This document shows positions 10,180 to 18,800 of a stretch of DNA of 64,000 nucleotides, in pieces. The translations under genes and the position numbers were made by a program. The notes beneath the pieces are model-generated. The model saw only the letters and a list, made by a program, of their open reading frames with translations, was not told the origin of the DNA and made no database searches. The DNA is from Streptomycetaceae bacterium. Lineage in GTDB: Bacteria > Actinomycetota > Actinomycetes > Nanopelagicales > Nanopelagicaceae. Location of the stretch: the NCBI GenBank assembly GCA_027483765.1, contig JAIXTW010000005.1:11821-75820 (forward strand), in the 5' to 3' direction. Positions within the stretch are counted from its first letter, which is position 1. Each line of letters opens with the position of its first letter.

Positions 10180-10890
10180 TTAAATCTCGGTTGGAAGTGG
10201 TAATCGTTGTGGGGCAATAACCTCCACTATTTCACTTAAGACTCGATGCACATAAGGTTCGCCAACCCATAGATGTTTAGCTCCATCAACGGCAATAAGT
10301 TTGGTCTGCGGAATCACGCTAAATCGCACTCGAGCTTGATCTGGCTTTAGATAATCATCATGTTCTGGAATCAGTGCAATTACCGGCCTGCCATCGCTGC
10401 CCCAAAATTCAAGGTCGCCTTCGAGGATATCGAGCAAGGTGGGGCTAAGAAGTATCAGCCCCTTGATGCGGGAATCGCGTGCATGACTAATTGCAATACT
10501 AGTTCCAAATGACCAACCAACGACCCATAACTCTTCGATTGCAAGGGTTTCAAAACAATATTTGATCATCGCCTCGACATCGTATTTCTCAGCGCGACCA
10601 TTGTCATAACTGCCGGTACTCGCTCCAGATTCACTACTTGTTCCGCGAGTGTTGAAACGAACAACAGTGACACCAGCCATGGCCGGTAAACGATTGGCAG
10701 CTTTTTTATAGATATGGCTATCCATCATTCCGCCACCTGTGGGGTTTGGGTGACAACATAAAATTGCAGATGTTGGATTAGAAAGCGGTGTTGAAACTTC
10801 GCCGACAAGTGTTTCTCCATCAGCGGTAAGAACAGTAAATGGAGTGCGAGTTGCCGCAAGAACTGTGCTGGGGCGGATTGGCTCTGACAT
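10180..10890 (-). CDS. Alpha/beta superfamily hydrolase
   Basis: HPNPTGGGMMD, RFNTRG, GWSFG nucleophile elbow, D and H (GAKHLW) triad candidates. Confidence 0.88.
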   Translation of the reverse strand: MSEPIRPSTVLAATRTPFTVLTADGETLVGEVSTPLSNPTSAILCCHPNPTGGGMMDSHIYKKAANRLPAMAGVTVVRFNTRGTSSESGASTGSYDNGRAEKYDVEAMIKYCFETLAIEELWVVGWSFGTSIAISHARDSRIKGLILLSPTLLDILEGDLEFWGSDGRPVIALIPEHDDYLKPDQARVRFSVIPQTKLIAVDGAKHLWVGEPYVHRVLSEIVEVIAPQRLPLPTEI

Positions 10891-10910
10891 TGGCGTAATT
10901 CTACTTCGAC

Positions 10911-11228
10911 TTAATAGCGCGGCGCATTGCGCGTGCGTTCCGTGCGAGGGCGACGATTATTTCGCTTGGTCCAACATGCGTTATGCCAATGTCTGCGATT
11001 ATCTTCATCGCCATCAAGCCATGCCACTGTGTGAGGTGTTGCCATCGGAATAACTTGGTCACATCCGGGGCATCGATACGGTTTATTGGCTGAAGATCCA
11101 GTTAATTTACGAACAATCCATAAACCATTTTCATCTTCTTCAAAACTTTGGCTCGATAATGAAACTTCGCGTTCATCATCGTTATCTTTAGGCCTACGAT
11201 TCTTGGGATAGTTCTTACGTGGGCTCAT
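10911..11228 (-). CDS. Small conserved actinobacterial protein with a Cys/His putative zinc site (often annotated ATP/GTP-binding protein)
   Basis: MSPRKN start, YRCPGCDQ..H.VAW and RRHWH.ACW motifs. Confidence 0.8.
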   Translation of the reverse strand: MSPRKNYPKNRRPKDNDDEREVSLSSQSFEEDENGLWIVRKLTGSSANKPYRCPGCDQVIPMATPHTVAWLDGDEDNRRHWHNACWTKRNNRRPRTERTRNAPRY

Positions 11229-11275
11229 GCCGCTATTTTCTCGCACTTTGCCCCACAAAGTGAGAAGATGCCACT

Positions 11276-12130
11276 ATGAGCAAGGTCATCAGCGTTTCCC
11301 AGCTGCGTAAGCAGTACGGGCAGACGCAGGCAATTGATGGCCTTGATCTGGAGATAGAACAGGGCGAGATATTCGCGATTCTGGGGCCCAACGGTGCCGG
11401 CAAGACCACAACTGTAGAAATACTCGAAGGCTTCCGTAGCCGTGACTCGGGTGATGTGAAGGTGCTTGGTTTTGACCCGGCAACTAAAGGTGGGGCTGGG
11501 CAACAGTGGCGCGATCGAATCGGAATCGTTCTGCAATCAACGCAAGATGCTGGCGACCTCACTGTGTATGAGTCAGTTTCTCACTTTGCTACCTATTACA
11601 AGAATCCGAAAGATGCGCACGAAGTTATCGAATTAGTTGGATTGAGTGAAAAATCTGACGCTCTTGGTCGCACGCTCTCAGGTGGACAACGACGACGTCT
11701 TGATGTGGCACTGGGAATTATTGGTAGCCCCGAACTTATCTTTCTCGATGAACCAACAACCGGATTCGATCCAGAAGCGCGTCGGGCATTTTGGCAGTTG
11801 ATTCGCCGACTACGTGATGAAGGCGCAACGATCGTGCTCACTACTCATTACCTCGACGAAGCCGAAGCGTTGGCGGATCGAGTAGCTGTAATTGTTCGTG
11901 GCAAGATTGTCGAAATTGCACCACCGGCCGAACTTGGCGGACGTGCAACTTCACTTGCCACAATTTCATGGCGTGATGGCGCACAGGTGCGAAGTGAGAA
12001 GAGTGCCAACCCCACGCAACGTATTACCGAACTATCGGCCCAATTCGGTGGTGAGATTCCAGAACTGAGTATCAAGCGGGCATCGCTGGAAGATATCTAC
12101 CTAGAGATGATTGGGGGCCAACATGAATAA
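11276..12130 (+). CDS. ABC transporter ATP-binding protein (DrrA-like exporter)
   Basis: Walker A GPNGAGKTT, signature LSGGQ, Walker B IFLDEPT, H-loop TTHY. Confidence 0.95.
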   Translation: MSKVISVSQLRKQYGQTQAIDGLDLEIEQGEIFAILGPNGAGKTTTVEILEGFRSRDSGDVKVLGFDPATKGGAGQQWRDRIGIVLQSTQDAGDLTVYESVSHFATYYKNPKDAHEVIELVGLSEKSDALGRTLSGGQRRRLDVALGIIGSPELIFLDEPTTGFDPEARRAFWQLIRRLRDEGATIVLTTHYLDEAEALADRVAVIVRGKIVEIAPPAELGGRATSLATISWRDGAQVRSEKSANPTQRITELSAQFGGEIPELSIKRASLEDIYLEMIGGQHE

Positions 12131-12914
12131 CCCCACTGCGTTATCAATTGGAATTCAGCGCGGCAAATTAGAGATTAAACAATTCATGCGCCAACGCGAA
12201 TCTGTTGTCTTCACTATGGCATTTCCACTCATACTGCTGGCAATCTTTGGTTCAGTCTTTTCAAATACAATCGCTGACGGAGTTACCTTTAGTCAGTACT
12301 TCGTTGCCGGAATGATCGCTTCCGGCCTAGTGAATACCGGTTTTCAACAACTTGCCATCATGATTCCGATGGAGCGTGACTTTGGCACACTTAAACGGTT
12401 ACGTGGAACGCCAATGCCAGCAAGTAGTTACTTCATTGGAAAAGCAATTCTTGTCACTGTCAGCATGCTTGTGCAGGTAGCGCTCTTGTTGGCAGCCGGG
12501 GTTGCGTTCTTTGGCGTGAACCTTCCGACGGATGTAGATAAATGGCTGCTCTTAGTTGCACTCCTTATTCTCGGAAGCGCTTGCTCCACTGTTCTCGGAA
12601 TTGCATTTTCTAATGTTCCAAAATCTGGTCGCGGCGCCTCTGCCGTTGTCTCCCCCGTTGTCATTGTTCTGCAATTCTTTAGTGGAGTCTTTTTTATCTT
12701 TACCGATCTCCCACAATGGATGCAGCAAGTCGCTGCAATATTTCCACTCAAGTGGATGACACAGGGAGCCCGCTCAGTCTTCCTGCCAGACTCATTTGCT
12801 ACGCGTGAAGTCGCCGGTAATTGGGAAACTGGGCGCACCTTTGCCATTATTACCGCATGGCTCGTAGTGGGATTAATCTGGGCAATTCGCAGCTTCAAAT
12901 GGGAGCGAGACTGA
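12123..12914 (+). CDS. ABC-2 type transporter permease
   Basis: Six TM segments, ERDFGTLKRLRGTP motif; overlaps the ATPase gene. Confidence 0.92.
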   Translation: MNNPTALSIGIQRGKLEIKQFMRQRESVVFTMAFPLILLAIFGSVFSNTIADGVTFSQYFVAGMIASGLVNTGFQQLAIMIPMERDFGTLKRLRGTPMPASSYFIGKAILVTVSMLVQVALLLAAGVAFFGVNLPTDVDKWLLLVALLILGSACSTVLGIAFSNVPKSGRGASAVVSPVVIVLQFFSGVFFIFTDLPQWMQQVAAIFPLKWMTQGARSVFLPDSFATREVAGNWETGRTFAIITAWLVVGLIWAIRSFKWERD

Positions 12915-13624
12915 GAAAGATTGCAGTTGCACTCGCACTCTGCTTGATCGCTTCTGCATCCAGTGCCCAGGCGGCAACTACCAAGCCATCGCCAAAGCCA
13001 ACCTTTAAATCAACGGTGAAGGCGTCAGTAAAGCCGACGACCAAAGCAACAGTGAAGCCGACGACCAAAGCAACAGTGAAGCCGACAACTAAGGCAACTG
13101 CGAAACCGACTGCAAAAGCTTCTGTGGTTACCGAGCCCACAATAAAGCCCACAATAAAGCCCACAATAAAGCCAAAACCGAAACCGAAACCTCGAAAAAA
13201 GATTCGCCTTACCCCTTCACCAAAACCTAAGTGGCCTCCGGTTGGATTTGAATATGAATCTGGTATCTATGCCAAGGTGCCCACAAGTAAAGAGTTGGTC
13301 AGCGTTATCTCTGCCAAGACCAATCTCGCTTCCCAAGTTAAGGCGTGTGAAGAATTCGTATGTGGCGCAGTACAGGTTGCTTCAGAGGCTGGATGTGTCT
13401 GGTGGGAAGTGAATTCCGGGGTGCTATCTAAAGAGGGCGTAGTGCTTGGCTCCTTGCGAACCATTGCAACTGGTAGCGAAGTCAGAGAAATTAAAACTAT
13501 TCTTCTCATATCTCCAGAACCGATTGAAACCCTCGAATATATAAGTAATATTGAAGTGGCCTGCAATCAAGATCCGCGGCCACAAGGGGCATCAGCTTCT
13601 ACATATACAAAGGTGAGCCAGTAA
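12899..13624 (+). CDS. Secreted hypothetical protein with a Lys/Pro/Thr-rich repetitive stalk and a C-terminal Cys-containing domain
   Basis: Signal peptide ending AQA|A, KPTTKATV and KPTI repeats, then a globular region with Cys residues. The start is uncertain. Confidence 0.75.
   Translation: MGARLRKIAVALALCLIASASSAQAATTKPSPKPTFKSTVKASVKPTTKATVKPTTKATVKPTTKATAKPTAKASVVTEPTIKPTIKPTIKPKPKPKPRKKIRLTPSPKPKWPPVGFEYESGIYAKVPTSKELVSVISAKTNLASQVKACEEFVCGAVQVASEAGCVWWEVNSGVLSKEGVVLGSLRTIATGSEVREIKTILLISPEPIETLEYISNIEVACNQDPRPQGASASTYTKVSQ
13031..13172 (+). repeat. Coding tandem repeats: 24-bp AAGCCGACGACCAAAGCAACAGTG (two exact, two degenerate) and 12-bp AGCCCACAATAA x3
   Basis: Read directly in the sequence. 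Confidence 0.85.
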
Positions 13625-13951
13625 ATGATGGGTGGAATGAACAATCAGCTCTTCTTAATGAGCTTAGCTGGATTTCCAGTTGTCTTATTTCTTATTCTGA
13701 TTTTGAAGTGGACATCAGCAAAAGGTAAGTCGCTAGTAGAGCGAACTCCAGCAATTGGCTCTGAAGATGAATACGGAACCCTGATTGCGGTGGCAGAGCC
13801 GAATAATCACATTGAAGGCGAAATTCTCCGACAGAAATTAATTGCCGTAGGTATTAAGGCAACTCTGACTCAGACTAAGCAAGGGCCGCGGCTCTTTGTC
13901 TTTCCCAAAGAAGAGAGCGCTGCCAGGGCGCACCTCAAAAGCTTTAATTAG
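13625..13951 (+). CDS. Small single-TM hypothetical protein (DUF2007/signal-transducing-like C-terminus)
   Basis: N-terminal TM, then DEYGTL and L...GIKAT motifs. Confidence 0.7.
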   Translation: MMGGMNNQLFLMSLAGFPVVLFLILILKWTSAKGKSLVERTPAIGSEDEYGTLIAVAEPNNHIEGEILRQKLIAVGIKATLTQTKQGPRLFVFPKEESAARAHLKSFN

Positions 13952-14520
13952 CGATTAGCGCCTGGAACCCAGAGCTGGTCACCAATCTCTTTATTTGCAT
14001 GACGTGCCAGAACGAAGAGCAGATCTGAACAGCGATTGAGATACTTAGCAGTTGAAGGATTTACGCCACCACCAAAGGCGTGAATCGCCGCCCAGGTGCA
14101 ACGCTCTGCCCGGCGAACAACTGTGCGAGCAACGTGGAGATGAGCAGCTGCTGGTGTGCCTGAAGGCAGTACAAATGAGCGCAGCGCCTCGAGATCTTTA
14201 TTGTAGAAATCAATCTTCTCTTCTAAGTAAACAACTTGTGATTCCAGGACTCGAAGTGGTTCGAAAGCAGGTGAATCAACGACCGGAGTGCAGAGGTCTG
14301 CTCCAACGTCGAAGAGATCGTTCTGAATGCGTACAAGCAGCGCGCGTACATCCTCGGTTAATTCATCAGTTGCAAGCACAACACCAATTGTCGAGTTCGC
14401 TTCATCAACTGTCGCATATGCCTCGAGCCGAGGGTCGTTCTTTGATGTGCGGCTCATATCTCCAAGAGATGTAGTTCCGTCATCGCCTGTCTTTGTGTAA
14501 ATACGCGTTAAATTAACCAT
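13948..14520 (-). CDS. pduO: ATP:cob(I)alamin adenosyltransferase, PduO type
   Basis: LTRIYTKTGDDGTT, RLEAYATVDEANS, ARTVVRRAER, YLNRCSDLLFVLAR. Confidence 0.93.
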   Translation of the reverse strand: MVNLTRIYTKTGDDGTTSLGDMSRTSKNDPRLEAYATVDEANSTIGVVLATDELTEDVRALLVRIQNDLFDVGADLCTPVVDSPAFEPLRVLESQVVYLEEKIDFYNKDLEALRSFVLPSGTPAAAHLHVARTVVRRAERCTWAAIHAFGGGVNPSTAKYLNRCSDLLFVLARHANKEIGDQLWVPGANR

Positions 14521-14526
14521 GCGCCT

Positions 14527-14542
14527 ACCCTATAAGTAGACT
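14527..14542. promoter_or_regulatory. Back-to-back -10 boxes for leaderless pduO (TAGGGT) and murA (TAGACT)
   Basis: Each TANNNT hexamer lies exactly 6 nt before its ATG within a 28-bp divergent spacer. Confidence 0.7.
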
Positions 14543-14548
14543 TCGGTT

Positions 14549-15814
14549 ATGGAAACTTCGTCCCTCGACCGCTTCCGAATCATCGGTGGCGGCCGCCTAG
14601 TCGGCGAAGTTTCGGTCACCGGGGCCAAGAATTCGGTCCTGAAGTTGATGTCAGCATCTCTTCTCGCCGTCGGAAAATCCACAATCCGCAATGTTCCTGA
14701 TATCGCCGATGTCGAAATCATGTCAGATCTGCTTACCCGCCTGGGTTGCACCGTTGTGCACACCGCCGACACCGTCACCATCGATGTCCCAGCCACTCCA
14801 TTACATCGCGCTGATTACGATCTCGTTCGCAAAATGCGGGCATCAATTAATGTGCTCGGTCCACTTGTTGCACGAGTTGGCAAAGCAGAAGTTGCGCTCC
14901 CTGGCGGCGATGCAATCGGTTCTCGCGGTCTCGATTTTCATATTAAAGGTCTGCAAGCCCTCGGCGCTACCGCGCGCGTGGAACATGGATATGTCGTTGC
15001 CGAAGCAGCACATGGGCTAACCGGAACTGCCATCTCGCTCGATTTTCCATCAGTCGGAGCAACTGAAAACTTAATGACAGCAGCCGTTCTGGCACGCGGT
15101 GTCACCACAATTGAAAATGCAGCACGCGAACCTGATTTAGTTGATCTCGGTGAGTTCCTTATCGGAATGGGCGCAAAGATTGACGGTCTAGGTTCGCCAA
15201 CAATTACCATCACCGGCGTTAAAGAGTTGAAGCCAACGGATCACACCACAATTACCGACCGCATCATCGCCGGTACCTGGGCATTTGCCGCCGCTATGAC
15301 GCAAGGTGACATCACCATTCACGGCGGTCGGGCAGATCATATGGAGGTCATGCTCGAAAAACTCGCTTCTGCCGGTGCCATCATCACTTCCACTAATGAT
15401 GGCTTTCGCGTGCAGATGAATCAGCGACCACAAGCAATTGATGTTGCGACACTTCCCTATCCAGGATTTGCCACAGATTTACTGCCATTTATTATCGGTA
15501 TGAATGCAATCGCCGATGGTCACTCAATCGTGACTGAGAATGTATTTGAATCTCGCTTTATGTTTGTCAATGAATTAATGCGATTGGGCGCACAAATAAC
15601 GGTCGATGGCCACCACGCCTCTATCGACGGTATCCCACAACTATCTGGCGCCCCGGTTGAGGCAACCGATATTCGCGCAGGAGCTGGGCTAGTACTTGCA
15701 GCCTTAGTTTCTGAAGGTGAAACAACTGTCGATGGCGCATTTCACATTGATCGTGGGTATCCAAACTTCGCCGAGCAGTTAGTAAGCCTCGGCGCAAGCG
15801 TTACTCGAGAATAA
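14549..15814 (+). CDS. murA: UDP-N-acetylglucosamine 1-carboxyvinyltransferase
   Basis: [19 protein letters not shown] (Cys-to-Asp, the fosfomycin-resistant actinobacterial type), SVGATEN, DIRAG, IDRGY. Confidence 0.97.
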   Translation: METSSLDRFRIIGGGRLVGEVSVTGAKNSVLKLMSASLLAVGKSTIRNVPDIADVEIMSDLLTRLGCTVVHTADTVTIDVPATPLHRADYDLVRKMRASINVLGPLVARVGKAEVALPGGDAIGSRGLDFHIKGLQALGATARVEHGYVVAEAAHGLTGTAISLDFPSVGATENLMTAAVLARGVTTIENAAREPDLVDLGEFLIGMGAKIDGLGSPTITITGVKELKPTDHTTITDRIIAGTWAFAAAMTQGDITIHGGRADHMEVMLEKLASAGAIITSTNDGFRVQMNQRPQAIDVATLPYPGFATDLLPFIIGMNAIADGHSIVTENVFESRFMFVNELMRLGAQITVDGHHASIDGIPQLSGAPVEATDIRAGAGLVLAALVSEGETTVDGAFHIDRGYPNFAEQLVSLGASVTRE

Positions 15815-15844
15815 GACAAAGCCTTAACTAAGGCTTTGTCTTAT
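15811..15844. terminator. Perfect 16-bp inverted repeat overlapping the convergent murA and giant-gene stop codons; likely bidirectional terminator
   Basis: ATAAGACAAAGCCTTA-ac-TAAGGCTTTGTCTTAT. Confidence 0.75.
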
Positions 15845-18800
15845 ACCCATCGATTCGATAGCTAACCCCTACCCACTTAGCACCAACGGCTGCTTTCGGA
15901 GCCTTTGTAGCTGGATAGACCACTACAGAAGTTTTCAACGTCTTATTGGTCATCTTCATTAGAGCACAGACAGCAGTTGCCTGGCTCTTAGCTAGAGCGG
16001 TTGCTTTCTTCATGGTTGTGTTCTTGCTATAGCTATAACCAATACAAGTCACAGATGCGCCGTTCTTGAGTGACTTCACATACTTAGTCAGATAAGCGCT
16101 GTCATATGTACTCAACTTAAGCGTTGATGAAAGTGAATAGAGGCTCACTGCAGGTTTGATTGCCTTCGCAGCATTTGCTGCGGCAATCTCAGCATCCTTT
16201 GCAGCTTGTAGTGCAGCTGCTGCTTTAGCGGATGCATCAGCAGCATCTTGGGCTGCTTTAACTGCCGCGGCATCTGCTACAGCCTTTGCTTCAGCTAGAG
16301 CCTCTGCATCTGCTGCCATCTTCTCTTGAGCAGCCTTGAGTGCAGCCGCTGCTGCGGCATCCTCTGCTGCCTTCTTCTCTGCAAGCTCCTTCGCCGCTTT
16401 AATCGCAGCTGAGTTATCAACGACTACAGGTTCAGGAGCGGGTGCAGGCGCAGGTGCACGCGTATTTACTACAACTGGATTGGCGATAAGAATGACAGGG
16501 TCGCTCACAATCGTTGTAGTGATTGAACCATTGGTTGTTGCAGTACCAAGCAGGGTTAACTCGCCACCTGTAACTGCATAGACAACTGACCCTGGAATAA
16601 TCTGACTATCGATAATTGTCATCTTGATTGGTGAGTTGGTGTCCTGAACTGTTCCGTCAGTACCAAGCCAGGCGATTACAGTTGAAGAAATCACTGACTT
16701 ATCTGAAGGAACAATCCCCACGAGTGATGAAAAGTCTGTGAGCCCATAGATTGAGATAACAGTTCCTGCACTGAGTGCATTGACTGGAATTTCATAAGAG
16801 ACAGTCATCGAGCCAAAGTTGAATGAGCCTGTTGGACCGACTCCACTGACAATAGAGAAGTTGGCAAGTGGTGTCAGGGCATTGCTTGGGATTCCTGCCA
16901 ATGAATTCTGAACCCATCGGGCAGACAAAATGATGTTACTACTTGCAACTGTATAGGTCGCACCCGGTGCCACAACTCGTGAGCCATCAGACCATCCGGT
17001 GAAGGTAAAGCCCTGACGAGAAACAGTTGCAGCCGATGCCACGGTGAATGTTGAACCGGTGATACGACCTACAGGATCAATAGGTGCTACTCCAAAGCCA
17101 CTTCCTGTTGAGTAAGAGACGTTATAGCCAGATGTCCAGCTCGGCACAAAAGTTACTGGCGCAGCTTCTGGACCAACTAGGTAGACATCCCCTGGTTGAT
17201 ACGTAGCAGTTCCATCAGACCATCCAGCAAAGGCGTAGTTGGCTCTGGTAATACCAGCACCACTTGCAACAATGATCGTGTTGCCTTCAAGTTTGGAGCT
17301 CTGTGTAGGTAGCGCTCCCGCACCGTCGATTCCCAATGAATAGTTAATCTGTGTGTAGCCATTGAGTGAGAATTGCGCAGTTAAGGTCACATCAGCAGCT
17401 GAGAATGTATATGTGGAACCTGCTGCATAGAGAGCAGCGCCATCAGACCAACCAGTAAAGGTATGTGCAATCTGAGTTGGGTTTGAACCGGCTGATGGAA
17501 GTGCAAAGGTGGAACCAATGAAGCCATCGCTTCGGGTAGGAAGGGTGCCTACTCCGCCACCTAAATCAAATGTGACCGCATAGGCAATCGCCGCCCACTG
17601 CGCCGTTAATAATACGTTGCTGCTAGCGATGACATATGTCGATCCAGCGGCATAAACCGTCGAGCTCTCACTCCACCCGGTGAAGATATAACCAGCACGG
17701 ATTGGTGTAGGTGCAACTTGGAAATTTTGATTAATAGTGAGCGAGCTCTGCAAAGGCAGCGTTCCACTTGCTCCACCTAAGTTATAGGTCACAGAGTATG
17801 GAACAGCCGTCCAGCGAGCTTGAAGTGTTGAATTTGCAACAACCGTAAAGCTTGATAATGCTGCACGTAGATTGTTGCTGCTATCTACCCAGCCATCAAA
17901 GGTGTGGCCAGTTAAAGTTGGAGCTACTGCAAGTGAAATCACAGTTCCACTGTCATAAAGTGCCGGCGCGGTCACCGAATCAGTTGAGCCATTGAGGATA
18001 TAACTGACTGTATAGACAGGAATCCACTGAGCTGTAAGTGTTACAGCAGATGGAGTACTCGCAGTGATCGTATAAGTAGCAAGAGCGCCATATGCTGTCC
18101 TTGAATCAGACCAGCCTGCAAAGTTATAACTTGCTCTGGTCGGTGCAGTAGCCAGAGTAAATGAATTACTGATTCTTTGATTTGCTTGGGTGGGAAGCGT
18201 GCTTGTTCCCCCGGCCAGCGCATAGGTGATGGTGTAATTAACAGGAGTCCAGATTGCATAAAAAATTCGGTTCGTACTCGTTGAATGAGTCGTCACCGGC
18301 GTTGTCGAACTAGCAGTTGTCGCCCAACCACCAAATGAGTAACCACTCTTGACAAGCGTTCCGGTATTGCCGGAAAGAGTAAGAGCGGTTGTCCCAGTTG
18401 TCCAACTCTGGTTTGAGGGCACTGTTCCACCTGTGGCTAGGTTTGCGTTGTAAGAAATTGTGTAGGTGGCGGCATTCCAGACCGGATTTAGAGTGATTCC
18501 TGTGGTTGGCGTATAGGAAGCTCCACTCGCATAAGTCGTAGTGCCATTGGTCCACCCACCGAATGTGTAGCCAGTTTTGACCATCGTGCCAAGTGTTGCA
18601 AGATTTATTGCACCGCTGGTCCAACTTTGACTTGTGAACGAAGGAGATCCACTAGTTGCACCTTGGCTACTAAATGAAATGAGGTTTCCCCAACGGGCGT
18701 AGAGTGTGAGGTTGGCTAGGAATGGATAGCTCTGTGAATTACTGTAAGCAATACCCGTTCCGTCAGCTGATGTATTCCAGCCAGTAAATGTGCGATCAGT

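Noticed and set aside
14521-14548. Cobalamin riboswitch upstream of pduO
   Set aside because: Only 28 bp are available, and no B12-box is seen.
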